Below are positions 23,419-33,856 of a DNA stretch of 34,392 nucleotides, piece after piece. A program made the translations under genes and the position numbers. The DNA comes from a virus (lineage: Duplodnaviria; Caudoviricetes). The notes under the pieces were generated by a model. The model ran no database searches and had not been told where the DNA came from. It worked only from the letters and a program-made list of their open reading frames with translations. The number at the start of each line of letters is the position of its first letter. Position 1 is the first letter of the stretch. The stretch covers positions 1-34,392 of IMG/VR virus record IMGVR_UViG_3300017651_000198; one strand, given 5' to 3'.

Positions 23419-25870
23419 GAACGGCAGCGACCTCCTCTTCGGGATCGGCGTCGACACCGGTGCGATGCGCATCGGCTTGCGCGACGCCGAGCGGGATCTG
23501 TCCGTCACCGCGAAGCAGATGAAGGTCCACCTCGAGGGGGTGGGTAAGCCCATCACGTCGATGGGCACGCTGTTCGGGAAGATCGGCGTGGACGGCTCGG
23601 CCGCCTTCGGGAGGATCGGTGGCAGCCTGCAGCAGGTCGCGACCATCGCCGGATCGATCGCCACCGGCGGCCTGGCCAGTGCACTCGGTGCGACCATCTT
23701 CGCGGTCGGCGGTGCCGTCTTCTCGAAGGTCGAGGAGATGCAGCGGGCCGGCGATCACCTCAAGGCGCTGAACGCCGAGTTCGGGGTCACGAAGAAGGAC
23801 GTCGACGCCGTCGTGGCGGCGATGAACAAGGCCGGCCTCTCCGTCGATCGGATGGCCGCGCAGCAGATCTCCCGGCTCGCGAAGGAGGCTGGGATCTCGT
23901 CGGAGGAGGTCGCTGGCCTCACGGGCCGGATGAAGCAGCTCGCCACGCTCGACGGCCTCGATCCGGTGGCGGCGGCGCAGAAGGTTTTCGACGCCTACAC
24001 CGAGGGCGCGAAGAAGACCAAGGAGGTGATCGAGGCGGTCTTGCAGTCGATCGCGGGCCGAACGACCTCCGCGTCGGCGGAAATGCAGGCCCTCGGCGAT
24101 CGTTCGGAGGAGGCGAACAAGAGGCTCTCAGAGGCCGAGACGACGCTCAAGTCCCTGCGGGCGGAGCTCGCGGGCGCGACGAAGGACCAGGCCGACGCAT
24201 CTGCACTCGCGGCGGCCGCTCCCAGCTCCTCCACGATCTCGGCGCTACGAACTGCAGCGGCGCGCGTCGATGAGCTCAACGTCTCGATCGCCAAGACGGA
24301 AAAGGAAGCGGCGAGCGCCGGGGAGGAAATCAAGACTCTCTCTGACGCCGCGGCGAAGGTGGCCGAACAGGAGAAGACGGAAAAGATCCTGAAGGAGGCC
24401 GAGGCGCGGAAGAAGCGCGCGGAGCAGATCGCGAAGGAGGCGGCCGCCCGCGCAAAGGCTCGCGTCGCCGCGTCCTTCGAGACCAACATCACCGTCGCAG
24501 TCGCCGCTCGGGACGAGGAGGGCGCGGCGGTGGCGCGCCTCGCCCAGGCCCTCGCCCAGCTCGAGCAGCGTCGGCGCTCCGGGCAGATCTCCGACGCCGA
24601 TGCCGCGAGGCAAGCCAAGGCCCTCGCGGTGCAGAACCAGGAAGCCGTCGACGCGATCACCCGGCAAATGGTGGCCCAGCAGATGGACGCCACCTTGGGC
24701 TTGCGGCAGGCGGAAGCCGAGCTCGCGAGGGACGCGGTTGCCCAGGCGAAGGCCCGGGCCGAAGGCACGCTCGAGCAGCTGCGCCGCCAGCAGGACGAGC
24801 AGACCCGCCTCGCGCAGGCGACCGCGAACCAGATCTCCGAGCTCGAGGCGAACGCGGGTGGCGAGCGCGCGGCCGCCGAGATCGAGCGACTGCGCCGGCT
24901 GCACGATCAGCGCGTCGCCCTCGTCGAGACCACCGGCCAGCAGATTGCCCTTGCCGAGCGCCAGGCCGCACAGGAGCTCGTCCGCCTTCAGACCGAGCAG
25001 CTTCGTCGTGACGAGGATTATGCGCGGGAAACCACAGCGCTCCGAGTTCGCGGAACCGAGACCGAAGTCGAAGTCATCCAGGCCCGCGCCGACGCGGAGC
25101 TGCTTGTGGTCCAGCGCCTCGAGGAGGACAAGACGATAACCCTCGCCCAGGCCGAAGAGCGGAGGGAGGCGATCCGCGCCGCGGCTGCTCGGGATATTGC
25201 GGCGGCTTCAAACCGGCAGGCCGGCGCAGCCTTCGCGGCCGGGGCGCAGTTCGGGTCGAACTACGTGCAAGGGATCCGCAGCATCATCGAGTCGGACGAT
25301 GCTAGGGGCGTGTTCAAAGGGATCCTCCAGATCGTCGGCGCCATCGCCAGCATCATCCCAGGTGGCCAAGCTTTCGGCGTCGGCCTCAACATCTTCGCCG
25401 GGATGTTCGCCAAAGGCGGCGTGATCGGTGGACGCCAGCGGTACGGCGGAGCCTTCGCGAGCGGCGGCGCAATCGGCGGACGCTACGTCCGCGGACCCGG
25501 GACCGGAACGTCCGACGACGTGGTCATCCGAGCGTCGAATGGCGAATTCGTCTCAACGGAGAAAGCGGTCCGGAGGTTCGGGGTCCGGTTCTTTGAGGGC
25601 CTCAACCGCGGCGTGTTGGACGTCGAGGCCTTGCCTCGGTTCGCCGCAGGCGGCGCGGTGGGGGCTGCGGCAGCACCAGCCCCGGTCCCTGCGGGCGCCC
25701 CAACCAGCGTCACCCTTGAGCAGCACGTCTCCTTCGGAGGGTCGATCATGAGCCGGGAGATCCTGATGCGCGAGATGGCGCCCGCCCTCCGCCAGATGGC
25801 GATCGAAGCGACGTCCTCGATCGTCCGCCAGCTCGGGCTTCAGCCTGGCGCTGTGACCGCGAGAGGCTGA
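23405..25870 (+). CDS. Tail tape measure protein
   Basis: 821 aa, Ala/Glu-rich helical; C-terminal FA.GG...GPGTGTSD.V...SNGEFV motif. Confidence 0.92.
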   Translation: MAQGKNGSDLLFGIGVDTGAMRIGLRDAERDLSVTAKQMKVHLEGVGKPITSMGTLFGKIGVDGSAAFGRIGGSLQQVATIAGSIATGGLASALGATIFAVGGAVFSKVEEMQRAGDHLKALNAEFGVTKKDVDAVVAAMNKAGLSVDRMAAQQISRLAKEAGISSEEVAGLTGRMKQLATLDGLDPVAAAQKVFDAYTEGAKKTKEVIEAVLQSIAGRTTSASAEMQALGDRSEEANKRLSEAETTLKSLRAELAGATKDQADASALAAAAPSSSTISALRTAAARVDELNVSIAKTEKEAASAGEEIKTLSDAAAKVAEQEKTEKILKEAEARKKRAEQIAKEAAARAKARVAASFETNITVAVAARDEEGAAVARLAQALAQLEQRRRSGQISDADAARQAKALAVQNQEAVDAITRQMVAQQMDATLGLRQAEAELARDAVAQAKARAEGTLEQLRRQQDEQTRLAQATANQISELEANAGGERAAAEIERLRRLHDQRVALVETTGQQIALAERQAAQELVRLQTEQLRRDEDYARETTALRVRGTETEVEVIQARADAELLVVQRLEEDKTITLAQAEERREAIRAAAARDIAAASNRQAGAAFAAGAQFGSNYVQGIRSIIESDDARGVFKGILQIVGAIASIIPGGQAFGVGLNIFAGMFAKGGVIGGRQRYGGAFASGGAIGGRYVRGPGTGTSDDVVIRASNGEFVSTEKAVRRFGVRFFEGLNRGVLDVEALPRFAAGGAVGAAAAPAPVPAGAPTSVTLEQHVSFGGSIMSREILMREMAPALRQMAIEATSSIVRQLGLQPGAVTARG

Positions 25871-25871
25871 C

Positions 25872-26678
25872 ATGCCCGCCGGGTTCTCCACGACCAATAT
25901 CCTCGGGGCGCCCTCGGCCACCTGGCGCTCGGGAGTCGGAACCGGCTTCGCGCCAGCGAGCACTGACGCGACCGATCCGGCCTTCCCGCCGCGGAACCTC
26001 GCGACCTACCGGGCCGGGAAGGTGTGCCGGTTCAAGGCTCGGACGGCGGGCGTGATCGAAGTCGACCTCCCCGCCGCAGGCCTCGTCGACGTCGTCGCGC
26101 TCCTCAACCACAACCTGCACCCCGCCGCCGACGTAAAGCTCTCGATGGCGGCGGCGCCCGCGGGGCCGTGGGAGACGATCGCGCTCACGCTCCACGCGGG
26201 TTCGTGCTGGATGCCGCTCCCGGTGCAGGTGAGCCGCCGGTACTTCCGCCTGGTGATCGCGAATGCGATGACGGTCGACACCAGGCCAGTGCAGATCGGG
26301 GAGCTGTTCCTCGGCATCAGGCAGGCTCTCCCGCCGTTCCGTTGGGGCGCCGAGGAAGGCGTGCAGACGATCAGCTCGTTCCTTGAGACCGAGTTTGGCG
26401 TGCCCGTCGCGCACTTTCTGTCTGAGCGGCGGACGTTCAGGGGGTCGTTCATCGGTGTGCTGCCGGCTGCGGACGCGGCGGTCGTCAACGAGCTGAAGCG
26501 GTCGGTGCAGAGCCGAGTGCGACCGTTTCTCTTTCTGCCAGACCTCGCTGACCTCTCCCAGGTGATGCTGGGGAGGTTCGCCACCGAGTCCTGGGTGAAC
26601 GAGCGCGTTCTACCCGGGCGCGTCGGCGGCCTCGATTTCACGTTCCGAGAAGACCCCTTCGGCAAGACCGGAGCCTGA
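25872..26678 (+). CDS. Distal tail / tail-tip protein
   Basis: Immediately after the tape measure gene; VALLNHNL, RYFRLVI, QIGELFLG beta-sandwich-like motifs. Confidence 0.6.
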   Translation: MPAGFSTTNILGAPSATWRSGVGTGFAPASTDATDPAFPPRNLATYRAGKVCRFKARTAGVIEVDLPAAGLVDVVALLNHNLHPAADVKLSMAAAPAGPWETIALTLHAGSCWMPLPVQVSRRYFRLVIANAMTVDTRPVQIGELFLGIRQALPPFRWGAEEGVQTISSFLETEFGVPVAHFLSERRTFRGSFIGVLPAADAAVVNELKRSVQSRVRPFLFLPDLADLSQVMLGRFATESWVNERVLPGRVGGLDFTFREDPFGKTGA

Positions 26679-26682
26679 CCCC

Positions 26683-27471
26683 ATGATCGCTTCCCTCGAC
26701 GAGCTCGCGTACGCCCTTGGGCGCGCGCAGGCGCTGCCGTTTCGCAAGAACCCCCTCACGACGATCGCGAACGGCTACACGAGCCTCTTCCTGGCCGCCG
26801 GCGTGCCAGGCCCAGGCCAGACACCCACTACGCTCGCCGGCGCGTTTCCGACCAACGAGTCCGCGGGGGCCTTCCGCTTCGCAGATCCTCTCGGCGCGGA
26901 GCAAAGCCAGATCGGCAGGCTCTCCGCCGTGAACTCCGTCGCCGGCGTCCTCGTGATCTACGACCGCATCTGGCACAACGCCGTGCAGCCGAACATCACC
27001 TCCAAGCAGAATATCGTTTTCCCCACCGGCGCCCAGCGCTACGGCGACGGCCATGGCGTCGAGCTCTGGGCGGAGGTCTACGCCGCCCTCGGCAACACCT
27101 CGGCGGCCACCTGGACGGCGGAGTTCGCCGACCAGGACGGCGCAGCCAAGACCGCCACCCTGGCCTACGGCTCCTCCGGCGCCGCCGGTCGGATGATCCC
27201 CTTCGACTTGCCGGCGGGGTGCACCGGGGTGCGGGCGGTGTCGTCGTTTCAAACGAACGTCTCCCATGCCTCCGGCCAGGTGGGGCTGCTGATGCTGCGG
27301 CGGCTGGCGGAGATCCCCCTCGCGATCGGCGGCGCAGGTGTGGCCCAGGACGGGATCTCGCTCGGTCTCCCGCAGGTACAGCCGGGCGCCTTTCTGGGAA
27401 TGCTCATCGCCCACTCCGCCTCCGCGTCGTCGGGGCAGCTTTTCGGCCGCATGGACTTGGTGCAGGGGTAA
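26683..27471 (+). CDS. Putative virion (tail-tip) protein
   Basis: Beta-rich 262-aa ORF in the tail module. Confidence 0.55.
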   Translation: MIASLDELAYALGRAQALPFRKNPLTTIANGYTSLFLAAGVPGPGQTPTTLAGAFPTNESAGAFRFADPLGAEQSQIGRLSAVNSVAGVLVIYDRIWHNAVQPNITSKQNIVFPTGAQRYGDGHGVELWAEVYAALGNTSAATWTAEFADQDGAAKTATLAYGSSGAAGRMIPFDLPAGCTGVRAVSSFQTNVSHASGQVGLLMLRRLAEIPLAIGGAGVAQDGISLGLPQVQPGAFLGMLIAHSASASSGQLFGRMDLVQG

Positions 27472-27477
27472 GGCCCG

Positions 27478-30015
27478 ATGTACGAGTTACGTCCACAGCC
27501 GAAGCCGACGCCGAAGCTCGGGGCCCTGCCGCAGGCGGACTTGTCCAAGCTCCTGTCGGTGGTCAACCCGGTGCGGTCGCAAACCGCGACCATCGCGATG
27601 GACACGAAGACCGCCGAGCTCGAGGCCCTGGTCGCCTTCGGGAACGCCGCCCGGCAGTGGGGCCAGGTGGACCGCTCCTACGACGTGGGGCACCTGGACC
27701 TGGCGGCCACCAAGAAGTGGCTGGACGAGTTCACGCCGACCAAGCTGGGCCCGGTGCCCGGGCTGGACGGCGCCGACCCAAACGCGCCGGCGGAGGAGCC
27801 CTTCCTTCACGTCATCCTTGACGCCTACGACCCACCCGCCGTCGCCGGAGATCCCAACAAGTTCCGGGAGCGGTTCCACTACTCCGACATCGACCGCCCG
27901 GTGGGCTCCGGAGCAGAGGCCACCCAGCTCGACGGTCGCGTGATCGAAGTGGGCAGCGTCGCGCGCAGGTTCAATGCCGACCACGGGCTGGGCCGCACAA
28001 CCACCACCCTGCGCCTACGAAACAACGACCGCGCGCTGGACGCGCTGTTTCGGGGGACCGACTTCCTGCGGGTGCGCATCGAGATCCGGGTGGGCTTCCG
28101 CACCATCCCGCCTCGCTGGTATCGGAAGGTTGGCCCCACCTGGCGAATCGATCGGGTGAACGCCATCACCGCTGACTACGTCGAACTGTCGCTCATCGAC
28201 GCGACCGACGTACTCCTCGGCAAGATGGCCCGGCCGCTGCTCAAGCAGTCCGTGATGTGGGCGCTCGATCCCAACGCTCGCGGTCAGGCTCCGTACGGCA
28301 GCGACACGGCGTTCGCCCCGGTGGCATTCGGCACGGAGTGGGTACGAGCGTTCATCGCCCGCCGGCGCACCTACGCCCCCACGCGAGGGCAGTCCAAGTA
28401 CTCGTTGCAGCTCTGTCTGGGCGTCTCTCTCAATCCCACCGCGGTGGGGCCCAGGGTGACTGGCCGAGACATCGCCAACGGCACCACCGACTACCGGTGG
28501 CGGGTGGGCATCCAGCGAACGGGCAGCGGCCAGGACAAGAGCATCGACTTGCGCCTGGGCCCAAACCACGTCCCCGGAACCTTCGACCTGGAGATCTACG
28601 TCTCGTCGGTGCCAGTCGGGCCAGATGCCACCGGGCGTACCTGGTACGCCGCCATCCTCACCCTCGAGTACTACATCTACCAGGGGGTCTCCGCGCACGC
28701 CGTGTCCTACGTCTCCGACATCGAGACCGCAGCCGAGGACGGCCGCCTGTACGTGCAGTGGCCCTACGGCGCCGAAGGCAAGAGCGACGGCTCCGCACCC
28801 TGGAGCGGGAAGCACGACCCGGCCTCCATCATGGAGCTGATCGTCACCCGGTACATGGACACCACGCAGCCCAGCCTCTTGCACAAGCCGGCCTTCGAGC
28901 GAGCTCGCAAGAACTTCGCCTGGACTGGGATGGGAAAGCTGGGCGGCTTCTATGAGGACGAAGGCATCGACGGCGCGGAGGTGATCAACGCCATCGCCCG
29001 CACCTTCGAGATGGACCTGGTGTGGGACGCAGACGGCAAGGTCCGAGTAGCGACGCCACACATCGGGCCCGCGGACCTGCTCTCCATGGTGCCGGGCTGT
29101 CCGGTGTACTCGGCGGAGTGGGATATCGTCCGTGACTCCTGGACTGAAACCATCCCTCTCGGAAGCGAGCGGTGGGGCCTCGCCAACCGATTCAACCACC
29201 AAGGCGAGAAGGACAACACCGAGTTCGGCGTCGCCTCGCAGTGGCTCAACAACACCGCCTTCTACGGTAGCCCGGAGAAGGAGATCGAGTGGGGGCGGTT
29301 GCTCGAGGCCGACATCGATTGGTCGTGGATCAATACGACGCAGGTCCGCGATAACGGGAACGCCATCGACTTCCCGCTTCACCTGCATGACCACAAGCAC
29401 ACGCCCCACTGCATCGCGGAGCTATACGCGCCGCTCTTCGCCCTCGAGCTCGAGTGCGGCGCCTTCCTTCGCATCTCGCACTGGGCTGGCTCCCAAGCTG
29501 AGGGCGGCTACCAGAACCGGTTGTTCCGGGTGGAAGAAGTAGGACTCGACTGGACCAGCAAGCGGGTGAAGCTGGTGCTGGTGGACATGGACGCCGTCGA
29601 GGAGCGGAAGTCCGCGGCCTTCGACGACGAGACTAGGTGGGTGCGCCTCGGGCGAGAGACCTGGGACGGTCTCCACCGGGTGCAGTGGCCCGGCGGAAGT
29701 CTGGTCCAGTTGATCGGTCCGTTGTTCACCCACGCCGACATCAAGATAGGCGACTTCATTCGCGTCGACAGCCTGAACTACAACGCCCGGATCACCGACA
29801 TCCTCATCAACAACCCGACGGGCGTGACGGTCAACACCGACCAGACGCAGGTCTCGGGATCTGCTCCGACGTTCCGCGTCGAGCGCTCCCACATCGATCC
29901 GCCGTCGGACACCGGCCGGTATCCGTTGGGCTCCGATTTCTACTTCCGCTCCTGCGACGAGGCATCGGGCCTGTTCTCTGACGGCTCCCCGGGCTACCGC
30001 GCCGAGAAGGGCTGA
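27478..30015 (+). CDS. Large tail-tip hub / central tail protein
   Basis: 845 aa; C-terminal LELECGAFLRISH...FRVEEVGLD hub-like beta motif; gene position. Confidence 0.65.
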   Translation: MYELRPQPKPTPKLGALPQADLSKLLSVVNPVRSQTATIAMDTKTAELEALVAFGNAARQWGQVDRSYDVGHLDLAATKKWLDEFTPTKLGPVPGLDGADPNAPAEEPFLHVILDAYDPPAVAGDPNKFRERFHYSDIDRPVGSGAEATQLDGRVIEVGSVARRFNADHGLGRTTTTLRLRNNDRALDALFRGTDFLRVRIEIRVGFRTIPPRWYRKVGPTWRIDRVNAITADYVELSLIDATDVLLGKMARPLLKQSVMWALDPNARGQAPYGSDTAFAPVAFGTEWVRAFIARRRTYAPTRGQSKYSLQLCLGVSLNPTAVGPRVTGRDIANGTTDYRWRVGIQRTGSGQDKSIDLRLGPNHVPGTFDLEIYVSSVPVGPDATGRTWYAAILTLEYYIYQGVSAHAVSYVSDIETAAEDGRLYVQWPYGAEGKSDGSAPWSGKHDPASIMELIVTRYMDTTQPSLLHKPAFERARKNFAWTGMGKLGGFYEDEGIDGAEVINAIARTFEMDLVWDADGKVRVATPHIGPADLLSMVPGCPVYSAEWDIVRDSWTETIPLGSERWGLANRFNHQGEKDNTEFGVASQWLNNTAFYGSPEKEIEWGRLLEADIDWSWINTTQVRDNGNAIDFPLHLHDHKHTPHCIAELYAPLFALELECGAFLRISHWAGSQAEGGYQNRLFRVEEVGLDWTSKRVKLVLVDMDAVEERKSAAFDDETRWVRLGRETWDGLHRVQWPGGSLVQLIGPLFTHADIKIGDFIRVDSLNYNARITDILINNPTGVTVNTDQTQVSGSAPTFRVERSHIDPPSDTGRYPLGSDFYFRSCDEASGLFSDGSPGYRAEKG

Positions 30016-30018
30016 TCC

Positions 30019-30708
30019 GTGGCCACTCCCATCAAGGTTCGCACCATCCGCCAGGACCAGGTGGTCGGCACCCAGACCATCAACGACCTGTTCGCGAACG
30101 ACGCCGCCCTCGATGCTGCCATCACCGCACTGGCGAGCGAGGTCGGCAACGTGAACGCCGACCTCTCCGGCCTCGAAGGGCGGATCGATGCGGCCGAGCT
30201 GGAGGTCGCGACTGCGGTAGCGACCGCCACCGCGGCGCAGGACACCGCGGGATCGGCCGCGACCATGGCCGCCTCGGCTGCCTCGGAAGCCTCGGCAGCG
30301 AAGACCCAGGCGATCGCGGCCGCCGCCGGCGTCGCAGGCCTCGACCCACGGATCGCCGCGGCAGAGGCGACGCTCAGCGGCCACGAGGAGCGACTCGTCG
30401 TCCTCGAGGCCGTCGCTCGGCGCGAGGGAGCGGCGTCGGGCGTGGTGGCCTACTCGGGCAGCGCCTACTCGCTCCTCGTCAGCACGGGGATCGCGTCGGT
30501 GGCGAAGCTCGGGACGGGCGTCTGCCGGGTCACTTTCGACCTGAACTACGGCAGCTCGGCGTACCTCGTCCTAGCCACGCCGCGCGGCGGCCAGCCGTTG
30601 TTCGTCTCCGTCGATCCAGAGACGGGGAACGACGCGCTGGTGAGGATTTGGGACAAGACCGGCGCTCCGGTGGATGCCGGATTCTCCCTCTCCGCGTGGA
30701 AGCCGTGA
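30019..30708 (+). CDS. Tail fibre-like protein (coiled coil plus C-terminal beta domain)
   Basis: Ala-rich heptads then GIASVAKLGTGVCRVTF...YLVLAT. Confidence 0.6.
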   Translation: MATPIKVRTIRQDQVVGTQTINDLFANDAALDAAITALASEVGNVNADLSGLEGRIDAAELEVATAVATATAAQDTAGSAATMAASAASEASAAKTQAIAAAAGVAGLDPRIAAAEATLSGHEERLVVLEAVARREGAASGVVAYSGSAYSLLVSTGIASVAKLGTGVCRVTFDLNYGSSAYLVLATPRGGQPLFVSVDPETGNDALVRIWDKTGAPVDAGFSLSAWKP

Positions 30709-31274
30709 TCGACACCGAGGCCCTCGCGAAGGAGGCGCTCGACACGGCGAACGAAGCCGCCGTCGACGCCGGCGTTGCGCTGGCCGTTGCGAACGACCTG
30801 GCCCCGAGGGTCGCCGCGGGCGCTCGCGAACTCGCGAACCACGGAGCTCGGCTCGCCCAACTAGAGCGGGACGGGGGTGGTGGGGGCGGCGGCGGCCCCG
30901 CGCCATTGCCGGTCGCGGATCCCACCGTCTTCGAGGCAGCGTGCGATCCGGTGGTGCCCGTTGGTATCGTCGTCGCCGCCGGCGGTCCCGGCGTGCAGCC
31001 GGCGAACCCAACCGACCTGTCGGCGATGCCAGGCCTCGGGATCGTGGTCGCGAAGCCGTCTCCCACAACCGCTCGCGTGCAGGCCTGCGGCGTGGTCCCT
31101 GGCGGCGTCCTCTCCGGTCTCACGCCGGGAGCCACCCACTACGTGGGCGAGGGCGGTGCTCTGATCTCCGCACTCCCGACCGGCCCCGACTTCGCGCAGC
31201 AGCGCGTCGGCGTTGCGGTCACGGCGACGCTGTTCGTCCTCGCGCCGTCGCTCGACCTCGTCATTTCTCGCTGA
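30705..31274 (+). CDS. Virion fibre/decoration protein
   Basis: Short coiled coil, poly-Gly hinge, C-terminal domain with GLTPGATHYV..G motif. Confidence 0.55.
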   Translation: MIDTEALAKEALDTANEAAVDAGVALAVANDLAPRVAAGARELANHGARLAQLERDGGGGGGGGPAPLPVADPTVFEAACDPVVPVGIVVAAGGPGVQPANPTDLSAMPGLGIVVAKPSPTTARVQACGVVPGGVLSGLTPGATHYVGEGGALISALPTGPDFAQQRVGVAVTATLFVLAPSLDLVISR

Positions 31275-31290
31275 TCCCCAGGAGGATCCA

Positions 31291-32688
31291 ATGGCAGACG
31301 TAAAGCCGCTGGTGCGGCACAGCTCCGGCTATCCCGCCGATCTCGGCTCCGACACGCTGGTGGCCGAGGAGCTCAAGGCGACCGTCCGCGGCGTCAACGC
31401 CGGCGGTGGCCGCGTGCAGAACGTCGGCGCGCCGACCAGCGCGACTGATGCCGCGACCAAGGCCTACGCGGACAGCATCGCGAGCGGCCTCTACGTGAAG
31501 CAGCCGGCGCGGGTAGCGACGACCGCGAACCTGAACGTCTCCTCCCCTGGTGCGACGATCGACGGCGTGGCCCTTGTGGTGAACGACCGTGTGCTGGTGA
31601 AGAACCAGACGACGAAGAACCAGAACGGCATCTACCTCTGGAAGGGTTCGGCCGTCGCGATGGTGCGGGCGAGCGACACGTTGACCTCGGGCGTCGCGCT
31701 CATGGTGAACGAGGGCACCGCGCAAAAGGATACGCAGTGGGTGCTCACCACCGACGGTGCGATCACGCCCGGCACCACCGCGATCGAGTTCACGCAGTTC
31801 CGCACGCTGGCAGACTTGCTCCCTGGGAGGTCGATCGACATCACCGGGAACACCGTCTCCCTGAAGACGGGCGGCGGCCTCACCTCCACGGGTGACGTGG
31901 CGGTAGATCCCGGCAACGGCATCGAGATCTCCGGCGGCAAAGTCGCCGCGAAGCCGAAGACCAACGGAGGCCTCGCCGTCGATTCGGGCGGATTGTATGC
32001 AGCGGCCGGGGCGGGCATCAGCGTAGGTGCCGGGATCGCTGTCGCCCTCAAGGCCAACTCCGGACTCGACACGACGGGCGGCCTCGGGGTGGGGGCGGGC
32101 AGCGGCCTCCAGACCGCTGGGGGCGTCACCTCGGTGAAGGCGGATGCCGGCGTCGTGGTCGGTGCAGGTGGCGTCGGCGTGAAGGCCGACAAGGGGATCG
32201 CGGTCTCCGCTGCCGGCGTTGCCGTGAAGCCTGACCAGACCAAGGGCATCGACGTCCACGGAACCGACGGCGTCCAGATCAAGGTGGGCAGCGGCCTGGA
32301 CTTCGACGTCGAAGGGAACCTCCGGGTCCGGACCACCATCGTTCAGTCGACCGGTTCCGCTCTGGTCGTTTCGGGCGAGGCCATCTCAGCGAACCGCGCG
32401 GTCTGCGTCGGAGCGGCGGGGGTGCTGACTGCGCAGTCCGGAACGGCAGGCCGCGGCGACGTGATCGGGGTCGTCACCGGCGCCTATCCGAGCGGCGACA
32501 ACCCGGTCGTCTACTACGCTGGTCTCGTGCCCTCCTTCGTGTCGGGGCTCGCCAACGGACAGGCCGGATACCTCGGCCCCACAGGTGCACTCCAGGCCGC
32601 CTCACCTGCCACGGGCCGCATCGTGCGCGTCGGGTTCCAGACCGCCGCCGGATTTATCGTGGCCATCCAGGACTACGGTGAGCGCTGA
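31291..32688 (+). CDS. Tail/head fibre protein with beta-spiral-like shaft repeats
   Basis: RVQNVGAPTSATDAATKAYAD neck; DRVLVKNQT..NQNGIY domain; about ten G-x-G-[LI] 13-15-aa repeats; C-terminal domain resembling that of 30705-31274. Confidence 0.75.
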   Translation: MADVKPLVRHSSGYPADLGSDTLVAEELKATVRGVNAGGGRVQNVGAPTSATDAATKAYADSIASGLYVKQPARVATTANLNVSSPGATIDGVALVVNDRVLVKNQTTKNQNGIYLWKGSAVAMVRASDTLTSGVALMVNEGTAQKDTQWVLTTDGAITPGTTAIEFTQFRTLADLLPGRSIDITGNTVSLKTGGGLTSTGDVAVDPGNGIEISGGKVAAKPKTNGGLAVDSGGLYAAAGAGISVGAGIAVALKANSGLDTTGGLGVGAGSGLQTAGGVTSVKADAGVVVGAGGVGVKADKGIAVSAAGVAVKPDQTKGIDVHGTDGVQIKVGSGLDFDVEGNLRVRTTIVQSTGSALVVSGEAISANRAVCVGAAGVLTAQSGTAGRGDVIGVVTGAYPSGDNPVVYYAGLVPSFVSGLANGQAGYLGPTGALQAASPATGRIVRVGFQTAAGFIVAIQDYGER

Positions 32689-33458
32689 TGCCGACGCCTC
32701 CAGTCGATCGGGTCCGCCCGTACAAAGCCGAGTCGGCCGCAACCGGCGGCACCGCGGGTGACGATCGCCCCTACCCGCGGGCCCTCGACCCCCAGCGCGA
32801 CGGTCTGGATGCTGCCGGGCTCTTCATGCAGCAAGTGGGATCCGCGGATCGGAACGTGGCCGTCTGGCGTGAGGGCCACCTCATGCACTTCCGCGACCAG
32901 TCCATGCCGGCGGGGACCAGCGTCACCCTCTCCCAGCTTGCGGCGGGAGGGGGTGGCGGCACGCCGGACCCGGCCTCGCCGTGGGTCAACCTCATGTCGA
33001 TTCAGCCCCGGCAAAGTTCGCGAATGTACGGGGTGCTGAAGGAGTACGGAATCGTTGAGCTCGAGGACGACGATTTCTCCGGAGAGCATCCGTACCGCGT
33101 CTTCGCCTCCGTGGCAGGGCTCACCCACGTTCGTTTTTCCGTAGTGGTTCTGGAGATGAAGGGTGAGAAGGGGCGGATCTGGATCGAGGGTTCTGACGAC
33201 GATGGTTTCACCTGGTCGAAGCTGGCCCCGTCGATAGGCGCAGAACCTGGCGTCGACATTTTCCCAAGCGGTGGACTCGGGCCTGACCAGAACTTGTACC
33301 GAAGTCCGGTCGTGCCCTTCGAGATAGCGGATCCCGCTTATGGCGGCACCGCAGAGACCCTATGGCTTCGGGTGATGATCGACGGCGCAGGGTTCGAGGA
33401 AGGCATTCGCCTCGGTGCCATTCGCGTCGAAGGGATGGCGGAGCAGGGGCCGGCATGA
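32688..33458 (+). CDS. Putative virion/receptor-binding protein with a variable C-terminal domain
   Basis: N-terminal module, GGGGG hinge, lower-GC beta-rich C-terminal part. Confidence 0.55.
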   Translation: MPTPPVDRVRPYKAESAATGGTAGDDRPYPRALDPQRDGLDAAGLFMQQVGSADRNVAVWREGHLMHFRDQSMPAGTSVTLSQLAAGGGGGTPDPASPWVNLMSIQPRQSSRMYGVLKEYGIVELEDDDFSGEHPYRVFASVAGLTHVRFSVVVLEMKGEKGRIWIEGSDDDGFTWSKLAPSIGAEPGVDIFPSGGLGPDQNLYRSPVVPFEIADPAYGGTAETLWLRVMIDGAGFEEGIRLGAIRVEGMAEQGPA

Positions 33459-33856
33459 GGCACGCGCTCCTTGCTCTCGGCCACCTGTGGGCGGCTCCGA
33501 CCACCGCCCTGGGGCTCCTCCTCGCGCTCTCAACCGGGGCGCGCTGGCTACTCTGCGGGCGAGACGGGCATCTCGTCATGGCGGGCACTTCGCGGCCCTG
33601 GCGCTGGTGGAGCTCGCGCTGGGGCATGGCGGCCGTCACCATCGGCGCTGTGACGATCTGCGCCGGCAGGACCTCCGCGCGGCTCTTCCGGCATGAGCGG
33701 CGTCACCAGCGCCAGGCCCTGATCCTCGGGCCGCTCTACCTGCCCATCTACGTGCTGCTCTGCGCGTACGGCCCGCTGCACGGCGGGCACTGGTACCGCG
33801 ACCATCCGCTCGAGCTCGACGCCCGGGCGGCCGAGGGGGACGCATGCCCGAGCTGA
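33455..33856 (+). CDS. HExxH zincin-like protein (DUF4157-like), hydrophobic
   Basis: AVTIG..., HERRH.RQ..ILGPLYLPIY, Y..HPLE..A. Confidence 0.7.
   Translation: MRHALLALGHLWAAPTTALGLLLALSTGARWLLCGRDGHLVMAGTSRPWRWWSSRWGMAAVTIGAVTICAGRTSARLFRHERRHQRQALILGPLYLPIYVLLCAYGPLHGGHWYRDHPLELDARAAEGDACPS

Noticed and set aside
30019-33458. Diversity-generating retroelement or invertible tail-fibre cassette
   Set aside because: No reverse transcriptase, template/variable repeat pair or invertase was seen.
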